From Fibrobacterales bacterium (GTDB lineage Bacteria > Fibrobacterota > Fibrobacteria > Fibrobacterales > JAOPTW01): DNA of 64,000 bases. The position numbers and the translations under genes were made by a program. The DNA is taken from positions 32,907 through 96,906 of the forward strand of contig JAOPTX010000047.1 in NCBI GenBank assembly GCA_051532055.1. The letters are read 5' to 3'. This document shows positions 21,726 through 31,857 of the stretch, in pieces. The notes under the pieces are model-generated. The model had not been told where the DNA came from, made no database searches, and was given only the letters and a program-made list of their open reading frames with translations. Numbering within the stretch: position 1 is the stretch's first letter; each line of letters begins with the position of its first letter.

Positions 21726-22634
21726 ATGAAATTGAGTAAGATGATAATAACAGGATTAGTGGTAGGGTCTTGTTTATACACAAATGGCATGAGTCAGGAG
21801 ACAGGAAAAAATGTTGTGCAAACAACAACATTGGGAACGTTAACATTGAAGGAAGGGTTACCAATAGTAAAAGAAATTAAGTGGTGGACAGACCCGGCGC
21901 TCAGTAAAAGTCATACCTTGATCATTTCTTCGGGTGGAGCAGAGTATACAACCTATCTCGCTAAAAATAGGCTGACTCAAAAATTAGATTTTAAAAATGA
22001 TTTGCTCAATTTCACCTATTACGTTTTAACTAATCTAAGGTATCTCTTTACTGACTTTGCTGATGATGTACGATTCTTTGCCAGCAGGGTTCATCGAGAA
22101 AATCTGCAAGAATCAGTTTTTGCTGTTTCTACACGACCAACATTTGATCTTGCTAACGGAATGGCCGATAGTGATATATTTCCTTTTAATGAAGACTTTT
22201 TTTATCCGAGTGTTAATACCCTTGCAAGTAGAATTAAGTATGCTGCTGGCAAAATGCCCGCTGACAGAAAAATTATCCTTGTGGGTAAAAGTATGGGAGG
22301 TTGCCAGTTGATGAAGGCGGCTAATAAACTCGAGGGAATTCTAAAAATTGACCAACTCATACTCGTTGATGCCTCATGCACCTTGGATAAGCATGCGTCT
22401 GAATACAAAAATATCACATCAAATGTAAAAGAAGCTTTTTCGTTTTATCAGACAACAAGGTTTCAGCGTCAAAGTGGCTATCCTATATTACAAAATGGCC
22501 ATCAGTTAAGAGAAAATGTTGATGTGTCAAAAGGTTTTTGTCCTAACGTTAGTCATGCAGAGATAGATACGTGTGAACCACTTCTCCATATTATGTCATA
22601 TCTTTCAATGAGAATCATTCATGATGCTCCTTAG
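21726..22634 (+). CDS. Secreted alpha/beta-fold hydrolase
   Basis: Signal peptide; IILVGKSMGG nucleophile elbow, LILVDA, SHAEID His. Confidence 0.75.
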   Translation: MKLSKMIITGLVVGSCLYTNGMSQETGKNVVQTTTLGTLTLKEGLPIVKEIKWWTDPALSKSHTLIISSGGAEYTTYLAKNRLTQKLDFKNDLLNFTYYVLTNLRYLFTDFADDVRFFASRVHRENLQESVFAVSTRPTFDLANGMADSDIFPFNEDFFYPSVNTLASRIKYAAGKMPADRKIILVGKSMGGCQLMKAANKLEGILKIDQLILVDASCTLDKHASEYKNITSNVKEAFSFYQTTRFQRQSGYPILQNGHQLRENVDVSKGFCPNVSHAEIDTCEPLLHIMSYLSMRIIHDAP

Positions 22635-22789
22635 TGGGAGTTTGATTAAATACTATTGATCGATCTGTAATATATATGCGAGTTCATTGTAGATGAGTCA
22701 ACACGCTGAGCTCGCATTTTTGTTTAGAATTATGTCGATGACTCATAATTCTCTGTAATAACAGTGATTTCCTGGTACTTTTCAAAAAT

Positions 22790-22872
22790 TGGTATACGAA
22801 GTGGTTATTTTTGCCACTTTTGGTCTACGAAACAAAAACGAATACATGCAACATGTGATGCCTGTCACATAC
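22790..22872 (+). repeat. Duplicated promoter module, copy 1 (two TGGTMTACGAA repeats plus CRP-like box at 22854-22869)
   Basis: Aligns with 25605-25687. Confidence 0.8.
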
Positions 22873-23083
22873 GTAATCTTTAAAATGAATTAAATGATCC
22901 ACCCAATAAGTTTACCATTTCTGTGAACATTCCTTGGTAAATATGCCGGTCAAATATTATGGTTAGTTCATATACAACTTGGCCTATTTTTTCTACTATT
23001 ACTCCAAAATGGACACGGCTGAACTGCAGACGTACATATTTCCTACAAAATGTGACTGTATCAGTATATAGAGGGTATTTAAA

Positions 23084-25489
23084 ATGAAAAATTTTGCTTC
23101 CTTTACGGGGGTTCTTTCCGTATTACTATTTCTCATGGTTTTTTCTGGATGTATCGGTTCGAATGACTCGGACACTGTTTCTAGAGAATATACCATAAAA
23201 GTTTCAAGTGATTTTCCAATAGACAGTATTGTACTTGATTATACCATTGATGATGCTGGGTATCACGCATCCTATACTGGATCAGATTTTGTACAAATTA
23301 AAACAGATACAAGTTATGAGGTGTCGCATACAATTATATTGAGTGCTCCCACAGAGCAGTCAGTTGTCTCAATGGAGTATACCAGTTATTCTCAGGGGTT
23401 TCCAATAATTGGTACCACTCGATCATTTGTGCTCTCCGCAACCACTATTCCACCGGTAGCGAGAACTAAATATCCCTTTGTTGAAATTCTACAATTACAA
23501 GAAATAAGTAAATCTGAACTGACTAAGACGGCACTTCTCGACTCTCTTGTGTTGGCTACAGCTGCCAATGCATCAGACTCTGTTGCTCTAGTCATTGTTA
23601 CTTCTTATATACAAATGGACGGTGTGGTAACTGAGGCTGTTGTAACACAGCTTTATGATTTATTAGACGCATCGTATGATGAGAGTATCGCAATGGAAAA
23701 ATTAAAGCTCAGAGTTCCTGAGGGGATCGATGTGGAAGAAATTCTTGCTGAAGTTACTTTGTCATCATCTGTTCTTTCTTCGAGTCAAGCTACGGGTGAT
23801 CCCGTTGTTTCATCGAGCGAAGATGAACCGAATGTATCATCTGAAGTGACCCATACTTCAGTGAGCTCCTCTGTGCCAGAATCGAGTAGTTCAGTTGTAT
23901 CATCGAGTTCTGTAATTTCTAGTAGTAGTGTAATTATTTCAAGTTCTAGTCAGGTGTATTCTTCTGAAGTGATTATGCATACCCTTACCATTGTCTCAGA
24001 AGATGACAGTAAACTCACTGTTTCTATTGGATCGTTTCAAGTTGCAGAGGTCGTGAATGTGGACGTTGATGTTACTGTAGTGGGGGTGGGAGGTAATACC
24101 TTTGACGCTTGGGATATCTCAAGTAATTGTGCAATTAACCAGCACGACCCATTAATCGTGAGTTGTACCGGTGATGGGACGGTTACTGCTCTCTATACTA
24201 GAATCCCCATTACCAGTGTCAATATTCAGGGACAAGCTATTCGATCACTGACGACCATTGGCGAGACGACACAGCTTGTTGCAGATTTAAAACCAAGTGA
24301 GGCAACCAATACAGCGGTCACATGGAGTTCTGATAATTCAAAAGTAGTTTCAGTAACTGCTAATGGTTTGGTAACTGCTACTGGAGTTGGCAAGGCGATT
24401 GTTACCCTGACGAGTAATGACGGTGGACTCGCTTATAGTGTGGTCTTTCATGTGTTGTCATATGAAGTTGAATTTAAAAATAGTGATACGAGAGTGTTTT
24501 CAGCAGCAGCGCTCAGCAATGGAACGTATGTTGTTGCATATAGTAAAGGAAGTACAGGAAATGAGTATGGGGTATTTGATCTCTATTCTGCAGAAGGAAT
24601 TAAAATAGGGAGTACCCACGAGTTTTTAAAAGATAAACCATATGATATAAAAGCCGTGGAGATGTCGGACAGTCACTTTGCTATTATTTATGCGGCAGTA
24701 ATCCCTGGTGGCTATGCATCGACCCAAAATGCATTTAAGATTTTTGATCTCAGTGGGGGTGAGGTTAAATCCCAAACAATCATAGGCAATTCTTCTTACA
24801 GATTATCTGTAGTACCATTAAATGATGGTGGTTTTGCAATGAGTCACTACTTTAAGTACTCTTTTACATTGATTTTGTATGACGCAGATGGTAATAGAAT
24901 ATCACATAGCACGCCTTACATATCTGGTAATGATTCTTTTTATGATTTTGATGTCCTAAAAAATGGAAATATTTTTATTTCATATTATGACCTACAGACT
25001 TCTAATGGGTATGCAAGTATTAACATCTTAAATTATAGTACTGGGACTGAATTACTCAATACACGAATGATCCCTGTGGGTCTTGTTGGTGCAAAAGTAA
25101 CAACACTGGAAAGCGGTAATGTTCTTGTTGTATATCAACCAACTGGAGTTGATAAACTTACAATGATGGTGTATGATCAAGATGGGACAGAAGTTAAAAC
25201 GGGTGAAACAATCTTTTATACTGTTAATACAAAAAATATTGAAGTAACTGCACTGAGTGGTGAATATTACGCAGTCTCGTTCATAGACTCAGATGATCAT
25301 AAAGCACACTGGGCAGTGATAAATGGTGATACACCCTATGGTAGACCGAAACCATTTGGAGTCTTTGCTGAAGAATCAACAACACGTACCTCTATGGCGA
25401 GCCTCACCAATGATAATGTCGTAATTGTGCATGATACACCAGATAAAAGTATCATGAAGATCTATAATACATCTTATTATCTCCCTTAA
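23084..25489 (+). CDS. Large lipoprotein with Ser-rich linker, Big_2 Ig-like domain and C-terminal propeller-like repeats
   Basis: Lipobox FSGC; PSEATNTAVTWSSDNSKVVSV..NGLVTA; repeated (A/T)L..G...V.Y units. Confidence 0.75.
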   Translation: MKNFASFTGVLSVLLFLMVFSGCIGSNDSDTVSREYTIKVSSDFPIDSIVLDYTIDDAGYHASYTGSDFVQIKTDTSYEVSHTIILSAPTEQSVVSMEYTSYSQGFPIIGTTRSFVLSATTIPPVARTKYPFVEILQLQEISKSELTKTALLDSLVLATAANASDSVALVIVTSYIQMDGVVTEAVVTQLYDLLDASYDESIAMEKLKLRVPEGIDVEEILAEVTLSSSVLSSSQATGDPVVSSSEDEPNVSSEVTHTSVSSSVPESSSSVVSSSSVISSSSVIISSSSQVYSSEVIMHTLTIVSEDDSKLTVSIGSFQVAEVVNVDVDVTVVGVGGNTFDAWDISSNCAINQHDPLIVSCTGDGTVTALYTRIPITSVNIQGQAIRSLTTIGETTQLVADLKPSEATNTAVTWSSDNSKVVSVTANGLVTATGVGKAIVTLTSNDGGLAYSVVFHVLSYEVEFKNSDTRVFSAAALSNGTYVVAYSKGSTGNEYGVFDLYSAEGIKIGSTHEFLKDKPYDIKAVEMSDSHFAIIYAAVIPGGYASTQNAFKIFDLSGGEVKSQTIIGNSSYRLSVVPLNDGGFAMSHYFKYSFTLILYDADGNRISHSTPYISGNDSFYDFDVLKNGNIFISYYDLQTSNGYASINILNYSTGTELLNTRMIPVGLVGAKVTTLESGNVLVVYQPTGVDKLTMMVYDQDGTEVKTGETIFYTVNTKNIEVTALSGEYYAVSFIDSDDHKAHWAVINGDTPYGRPKPFGVFAEESTTRTSMASLTNDNVVIVHDTPDKSIMKIYNTSYYLP

Positions 25490-25531
25490 AGAGGCAATGA
25501 ACAGTTTCATCATTTAATTATTAATTATTAT

Positions 25532-25563
25532 AAAAAGCCGAATCGTTACTGATTCGGCTTTTT
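25532..25563 (+). terminator. Rho-independent terminator (possibly bidirectional)
   Basis: AAAAAGCCGAATC-gttact-GATTCGGCTTTTT. Confidence 0.85.
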
Positions 25564-25604
25564 ATATGCCCTGTATGCTGTATAACTTATTTACTGGTCA
25601 AATG

Positions 25605-25687
25605 TGGTATACGAAACCCTGTATATTGCCCATTTTGGTCTACGAAAGAAAATTAATTTCATGCAACATGTGATGCTTGTCACATAC
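25605..25687 (+). repeat. Duplicated promoter module, copy 2 (CRP-like box at 25669-25684)
   Basis: TGGTATACGAA-N20-TGGTCTACGAA...CATGCAACATGTGATGCTTGTCACATAC. Confidence 0.8.
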
Positions 25688-25845
25688 AGGATTTTGATAT
25701 TGAACTATACTGCGCTCCGAAAATCAGTATTGGGGATGGTAGACAACAAAGTTGGATGATTATTGTTGAGTAACAGTTTTCTACTACTCATAGCTCCTAG
25801 ATAACTCATTCCTTTTCTATTTTCTTGTTTTTAATGAGGTATAGT

Positions 25846-26472
25846 ATGCGTCAATTTATTTCTGCTGTTTTTATTCTATCAACTATTTTCTTAACTCATT
25901 GCGCTCAGTGTGAATCTGATCCTGTGGAACAGTGTAGTCTAGAGAATAGAACTACAAATGTTGATTCATTATCATATCAGGGCGGATCTATTGTATTCAA
26001 AAAACAAATAGGGCATAAGGGGCAACGGGATCTTTTTGATACTACTGTCACTATTCAGCTAGACGGTGCATTACCAATGTGGAACCCTAATGCGGCCTCT
26101 CTCATTTTTGAAGAATGTCAGAATCGCACAGCAGAGGACGTATACTCAGATAAAATTGTGTTTGGGCTCGTACTTAATAATGGTGCGGAGTTAACATTTA
26201 TTCCGACAGAAGTTATTGATGAAACCCAAAAGTATAGCGTAGAATATTATCATGCTATAAATGATTCGACTATTGTATTTGGTAACATTGAAGAGAGTGG
26301 TACTTTAAACAGAGAAGTGCTGAGTCATACAACGAAGGGACCCGGTAGTTACACTGCCATTGCTCATGATTCTTTTGAGGGTTCGAAATTCAACTATGTG
26401 GTTACTCATACCTATAGCTATGCTATTTCTGCTATTGAAGGATGTGGTGACGGCTTTTTGCGGACGCACTAG
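25846..26472 (+). CDS. Hypothetical lipoprotein/secreted protein
   Basis: ATG 25846 after GAGGT RBS; signal peptide ending LTHC. Confidence 0.65.
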   Translation: MRQFISAVFILSTIFLTHCAQCESDPVEQCSLENRTTNVDSLSYQGGSIVFKKQIGHKGQRDLFDTTVTIQLDGALPMWNPNAASLIFEECQNRTAEDVYSDKIVFGLVLNNGAELTFIPTEVIDETQKYSVEYYHAINDSTIVFGNIEESGTLNREVLSHTTKGPGSYTAIAHDSFEGSKFNYVVTHTYSYAISAIEGCGDGFLRTH

Positions 26473-26496
26473 TAGGAGGTTGTGTAGTCACGCTGT

Positions 26497-27594
26497 TTAT
26501 TGCATAAACATAGTGCCAAAGACATCAGCATTTTGCCAGCCCTCATCATTATTGATACCATGGCTCTCTTTGCTACCAATAAAGTGCTCACGCTCCCCAT
26601 TGTCATCATTGTCACCATAGGCCATTGAGAAGCCAATGGTATGACCTTGTGTGATTGTGGCTGATGTATTGATATCTACATCTTCATTAAAGGTATCATC
26701 ATACATATGGATTGCAATTTCCCAGAGATATCGGTTGCCGTATTGGGTGCGCATTACTTTGAGGTTGTTGTCGAAGAAATGCGTTGACTGATCAGTTTTT
26801 TTATCGATGCCGTGATACTCTGTTGATACATGGTAGGCAAATGCTTGATGGTTAAAGGTGTGATCGCCACCCGATGCATCAAAATCTATAAATACTTCAA
26901 CATAATCTCCCTGCCAATAGTTCTCAATACCATCATCAAGAGTGCCGTGAAGAATATTATCAGTAACGTCTACCAACAGGTAGAGATAGTCTTGGTCCCA
27001 ACTTACTTTAAACCGTCCATGGTAATCTGATGAATCGAGCGTGGCTGAACCCATCCAAATATAATTCATGTCATACCATTGGGATTGTTGCCATATCGTT
27101 TCATCGCCACATCCATCAATAGTTAAAGGAGTATCAGTGTGAGCCGCTGTAAAGTCACCGTTTTTTCTTTTTTCAACACTTGTGATATCGAGTGATGGAT
27201 CACAATTGAAGGTTACTGAACTTTCTGAACTTTCAATAATCTCTGCGTTCGATGATTTTTCTGATGAACTCGAAGGCGTTGACTCGGTATGTATGCTGCT
27301 CTCAGATGATGAAGCATAGGATGAGGGTGTACTTGATTCTGTTGATGACATTGAGGAGGAGGGTATGGTATGGTCCTGCTCAATAGATGACATAGAGGAG
27401 CTACTCTCATTTGTAGGCTTAATGGCACTACTGGATACATAAGAGGGTGAGGAGTAATTTTTTATAGCCGAACTTGATGATTCTGATGCATGTATCTCAG
27501 ATGAATCAGCATCTGCTTTGAGTGATTCTGCGGAACATCCCAAGTGCAGTGAGAGAAAAGCTGTACATAAAAGGAGGGTGAGTGGTACATACAT
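26497..27594 (-). CDS. Lipoprotein with Ser-rich linker and CBM9-like sugar-binding domain
   Basis: TIDG..DE..W, FKVSWDQDYLYLLVDVTD, GDYVEVFID, IGFSMAYGDND. Confidence 0.8.
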   Translation of the reverse strand: MYVPLTLLLCTAFLSLHLGCSAESLKADADSSEIHASESSSSAIKNYSSPSYVSSSAIKPTNESSSSMSSIEQDHTIPSSSMSSTESSTPSSYASSSESSIHTESTPSSSSEKSSNAEIIESSESSVTFNCDPSLDITSVEKRKNGDFTAAHTDTPLTIDGCGDETIWQQSQWYDMNYIWMGSATLDSSDYHGRFKVSWDQDYLYLLVDVTDNILHGTLDDGIENYWQGDYVEVFIDFDASGGDHTFNHQAFAYHVSTEYHGIDKKTDQSTHFFDNNLKVMRTQYGNRYLWEIAIHMYDDTFNEDVDINTSATITQGHTIGFSMAYGDNDDNGEREHFIGSKESHGINNDEGWQNADVFGTMFMQ

Positions 27595-27800
27595 TCTTGA
27601 TTCCAGAGTTAGAGATGGGAGTGCCTAGGCACTGTGCTATAGTTTATATTTAATCAACCGTATCCGCAATAACTATATCGTAAACGGATATTCATAGTTG
27701 AATACTGGTGTTTTCATCCAATTTTTTAATGGTACCCTCTCCCTAATACCTTCGAAAAACTGGTATATTAGTATCTTTGCTCTAATCAAAGGACGCGCTT

Positions 27801-28082
27801 ATGAAATACCTAACAATACTCCTTCTCACAATTGTTTGCCCGATAGTGGCGTTCCAGATCGAGCAAGAGTATAACAGTGAAAGTTACATCATTACCATTT
27901 TGTGTACCTTAGCTGGAATTATGGCATTAGTAGTGTATACTTTGATTCGAAAAGTTTCCGACAAGAGAATATCAAAAATTAATCCAGTAGATGTCGGTAT
28001 CGATGAAAGTATTGAGTTAGCGATTGATGTGGCTATAGATAGCGCTGGTGATGTTCTTAATTCTGTAGATGTTGATCTGTAG
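27801..28082 (+). CDS. Small membrane protein
   Basis: AGGA RBS, two hydrophobic segments, acidic tail. Confidence 0.5.
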   Translation: MKYLTILLLTIVCPIVAFQIEQEYNSESYIITILCTLAGIMALVVYTLIRKVSDKRISKINPVDVGIDESIELAIDVAIDSAGDVLNSVDVDL

Positions 28083-28317
28083 AAATATTCGATCAATTTT
28101 TTGTCCCCACAAATGATTCGTTTACCTCATACAGAAAGAACTCCAGTGTTTAATTAATACATAATACGTACCTGGCCTTGTACGCATTCTGTTCACAAAT
28201 GTAAAAAAGAATCAGCATAGTGTTTGGGTGTAGTTAAAGAAATATTTCTAGACTATATTAGTCGCAATTATAATCAAATGGCATGGGTTAATCATATCTA
28301 GAAACAGCACTTATCCG

Positions 28318-28525
28318 CTGGGATCGTTTGTGAAAACTTCTGTAGTCTTTGTAATAGAGACTATAGGAAATGTGTCCCCGCACACAGACGAGCCCAGTAG
28401 GTTATGTGAAATATATGAATATCCCAATGTCTACTTATCACTATAATTGTTTGAGTAATGGTAGACACCAACAGGTACGGGTTGCATTCTGAGTGCCCTT
28501 GGAGTGCAGCCTAGTCTGTTAGGGA
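28318..28525 (+). ncRNA. Candidate structured 5' leader RNA
   Basis: Three consecutive long stems containing several G-U pairs upstream of ATG 28562. Confidence 0.45.
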
Positions 28526-28561
28526 AGAAATGAACAGCACACAACAACACAGGAAGATCAT

Positions 28562-30391
28562 ATGAAATTAATGCTATTAATAGTCGTACTTGCACTATTC
28601 TCTCAGGCCTCATTTGCTCAAGTTATTCAGGCGGATGATGTGGTTAAAGGGAAGTTTAAAGTATGGCATCCCGTAAACATTAAATTTGAGGGTCCATGGA
28701 CCTCCGAAACCGCTACACCAAACCCATTCACTCAGTATCGTCTTGACGTGTTTTTCACAAGCCCGAGTGGTAAAGAGTTTAGAGTACCTGGCTTCTATGC
28801 TGCTGATGGAAAATCTGGTAAAACAGGTGCGTCATCGGGTAATATATGGAGAGTAAAGTTCCCACCTAATGAACCAGGAGAGTGGTCATATTATACTTCC
28901 TTTGTAAAGGGTAACTTTATTGCCGCAAAAATGAAAGGGGGAACAACAGCAGGATATTTTGATGGTCATACCGGTTCATTTACTATTAATCCTTCTGATG
29001 TGCCTGTTACAGACAAAAATTTACGGGGTAAAGGCAAACTGGAGTATGTAGGCGAACACTACTTACAATTTCAGGGTACGGGTAAAAGTTTTATGAAAGG
29101 GGGGGCTAATAGTCCTGAAGTGTTTCTTGAGTATGCAGGGTTTGATAATACTCCTTCGGCTCGTACCTACCCAAGTCATATATCGGATTGGAATGCTGGA
29201 GACCCAACCTGGAGAAATGGTAAAGGAAAAGGGATAATTGGTGTCGTAAATTATCTTTCTACTACTGGAGTAAATGGAATGTATTTTTTAACCAACAATC
29301 ATGAAGGTGATGGTGGTAAGGCATGGCCATGGATTAATACGAAACAACCCTATCGCTATGATTGTTCTAAACTTCAACAATGGGATTTTGTCTTTAGGCA
29401 CTTTGATACTAAAGGTATGATGCTTCATTTTGTAACTACAGAAACAGAAAATGAGTCTCTCTTTGAAAACATCGAAGGTTCAGCACCTGACGGCTTTTCG
29501 GCTTTACGCAAAATTTATTACCGTGAACTTGTCGCACGGTTTGGATATCACTTAGCGATTACCTGGAATGTCGGGGAAGAAAATGGATGGAATGAGGGGA
29601 GTGGTCATCACAGAGCTAACACACAAAAACAGCGGTTATTGTTTGCCAAACGTCTTAAAAAATTGACTTACTATAAAGACCATATTGTAGTGCATAATGG
29701 ACCATCATGGAACGATGATATTTTTTATGGGTTACTCGGTACACAATGGTATAGTGGACCATCGTTTCAATGGGGCTATAACGATAACATTCACTCTAAA
29801 ATTAATTTTTGGAGATACCAATCTGTACAAAGCGGTAAAAAATGGGTCGTGAGTATGGATGAAGCATGGGTTGGTCCAGAAACCTATAGCCTTGATCATT
29901 GGCGTAAGGAGATTGTATGGGGGACGATAATGGCTGGTGGTGCAGGAACAGAGTTCTATGTTGGTGCAGGAAAAGATATTGTTATCCAAAATTTAAAACC
30001 CTACCATGATTATTACCGTTATTCTGGCATTGCAGTAAAATTTATGCAAAAGTATATCCCTATGAAAACACTCTATCCGAATGATGGCTATATCGGTAAT
30101 GGTTGGACACTTAAAAATAACGCTAATGTGCTGCTATACCTCCGTAATGGTGGGACCCGTGACATTGATCTTCCAAAGGGTACTTATACCGTTCGGTGGT
30201 TTGATCCTCGTCATGGTGGAATATTGCAAGTAGGAACCAAGAACACTATTACCGGAGGTGCCTCGAAAAACATTGGCTATGCTCCAAGTTATCATGCAAA
30301 AGATTGGGTGGTGTGGATCCAGAAAATTGTCCCTATTGCAGCAGGGTTCGATGGTGTAGAAGAACAACAAGCATTGATTAACCCACTTTAG
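28562..30391 (+). CDS. Secreted DUF5060/apiosidase-like glycoside hydrolase with C-terminal collagen-binding-like domain
   Basis: NPFTQYRLDVFF.SPSG..F.VPGFYAADG, YYRELVARFG, WNVGEEN, YTVRWFDPRHGG, DWVV. Confidence 0.82.
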   Translation: MKLMLLIVVLALFSQASFAQVIQADDVVKGKFKVWHPVNIKFEGPWTSETATPNPFTQYRLDVFFTSPSGKEFRVPGFYAADGKSGKTGASSGNIWRVKFPPNEPGEWSYYTSFVKGNFIAAKMKGGTTAGYFDGHTGSFTINPSDVPVTDKNLRGKGKLEYVGEHYLQFQGTGKSFMKGGANSPEVFLEYAGFDNTPSARTYPSHISDWNAGDPTWRNGKGKGIIGVVNYLSTTGVNGMYFLTNNHEGDGGKAWPWINTKQPYRYDCSKLQQWDFVFRHFDTKGMMLHFVTTETENESLFENIEGSAPDGFSALRKIYYRELVARFGYHLAITWNVGEENGWNEGSGHHRANTQKQRLLFAKRLKKLTYYKDHIVVHNGPSWNDDIFYGLLGTQWYSGPSFQWGYNDNIHSKINFWRYQSVQSGKKWVVSMDEAWVGPETYSLDHWRKEIVWGTIMAGGAGTEFYVGAGKDIVIQNLKPYHDYYRYSGIAVKFMQKYIPMKTLYPNDGYIGNGWTLKNNANVLLYLRNGGTRDIDLPKGTYTVRWFDPRHGGILQVGTKNTITGGASKNIGYAPSYHAKDWVVWIQKIVPIAAGFDGVEEQQALINPL

Positions 30392-30486
30392 TGAAAGCAG
30401 AGAAAAAATAAACTCGAAAAATGGGAATTATAGAGCGCAATGAATAGTGTTTTGATTTATAGATTCATAGTGAGATTGAGGGAAAT

Positions 30487-31857
30487 ATGAAATTACAGCA
30501 TTATATATATGCCCTCTTGTTACTGACCGTTTTTTCTTGTGAGAGATTGCCGCCGTCAGGAACTGAGCCAGACCTGACAAATACAGGTGGGGTGAGTGAT
30601 GTGTTACTGGTGTCGAGCAATGCAATACATGGAGACAGTAATGCCATACTTATGCTCTCTTCTCAAATGACAATGAGTTCAAGTCACTCGACCGTTTCAA
30701 GTGACCTGAACCCGATTGCCACACCGGTCTCCAGTGCACCCATGGCAGATTCCAATGTGCAACAATCCAGTGTGCAACAATCCAGTGAAGTCGCTTTGTC
30801 TCATGCATATCCTGGGGTTTCATCCGAAATTTCATCCCTCTCTTCAAGTCATTCTGTTAGGTGGAGCGTGTCAAGCACCGTGCTTTCATCATCTCGTACC
30901 CTCACATATTCATCTTCTCGTACACCAGTTACTGAGCTCTCTAGTGAACGGTCATCGAGTTCTTTTGTATCATCATCAGTCAGTAGTTCTTCCTCAATAC
31001 TAGAGTCATCAAGTTTAGAGTTATCGAGTATGGTTCACGTATCGTCGAGTAGTGAGCGTTCTAATCAGTATGTCATATCTGCTAAAAAAGATTTCATTTG
31101 GCATGCGAGCAAGCAGTATCAGTCTGTCTATTATCACCCTATTCAACCGGGCGAATATCCACTTTTTATTTGGATGCCCAATACGAATGCTCCTATCAAC
31201 GATACTTATGTATTACAGATACTCCGCGCAATGAGTAAAAAAGGGTTTGTAGCGGTCGCTCTTGATTATGGACAGGTTGATGATTTTGATCAGGATATAA
31301 CCAAATTATATGCAAAGGCTTCCTCTGTGTTTTCTAAAACCGATTCCCATAGTGCCATTGCAGTGATCGACGATTCAATTCCATCAGTTGATGTATCGCG
31401 GGGTATTGTTGTTGCTGGGTGGGGGCAGGGGGCCTCTGTTTCGGTTGTTGCTCGGGATTATAACCCTCAGGTTCGAGCTGTATTAGCATTTGGTGCAGGT
31501 ATCGGTCAGTACAATTGGCTCGAACCGGCACTCGGTATGGCCAATACTATGATAGATAAGAGTCGACTCCGGTCTATTATTGGAGCTCAAGATCAGTTCA
31601 ATGGTGCTTTGCCTACACATGTTCGCATGCATCAAGAAGTATTAACGGGCTATGGTGATGCGACTCACAATAAATATAATTTTATTCAACCAGATGGGAG
31701 TGGATGGTATATGGTGTATGCCAGTCTTTTGACAACTGGCTCTCCAGATCATGCCTTTTTTAGAAATCAGGATACACTCGAAGAAAACTTTAAGACAGGA
31801 ATGGCATCGTGGTGCCTGCATCCGAGTCTTAATTGGCTTACATTGTTTGTAGATTAG
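30487..31857 (+). CDS. Lipoprotein with long Ser-rich linker and alpha/beta-hydrolase-like domain (nucleophile Ser replaced by Gly)
   Basis: Lipobox VFSC; YPLFIWMP, KGFVAVALDY, GIVVAGWGQGAS, DHAFF. Confidence 0.7.
   Translation: MKLQHYIYALLLLTVFSCERLPPSGTEPDLTNTGGVSDVLLVSSNAIHGDSNAILMLSSQMTMSSSHSTVSSDLNPIATPVSSAPMADSNVQQSSVQQSSEVALSHAYPGVSSEISSLSSSHSVRWSVSSTVLSSSRTLTYSSSRTPVTELSSERSSSSFVSSSVSSSSSILESSSLELSSMVHVSSSSERSNQYVISAKKDFIWHASKQYQSVYYHPIQPGEYPLFIWMPNTNAPINDTYVLQILRAMSKKGFVAVALDYGQVDDFDQDITKLYAKASSVFSKTDSHSAIAVIDDSIPSVDVSRGIVVAGWGQGASVSVVARDYNPQVRAVLAFGAGIGQYNWLEPALGMANTMIDKSRLRSIIGAQDQFNGALPTHVRMHQEVLTGYGDATHNKYNFIQPDGSGWYMVYASLLTTGSPDHAFFRNQDTLEENFKTGMASWCLHPSLNWLTLFVD

Noticed and set aside
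23755..23970. Ser-rich low-complexity tracts (also about 27200-27500, 30650-31060, 47890-48050, 63540-63700) as DNA repeats
   Set aside because: Mixed Ser codons show protein-level linkers, not nucleotide tandem repeats.
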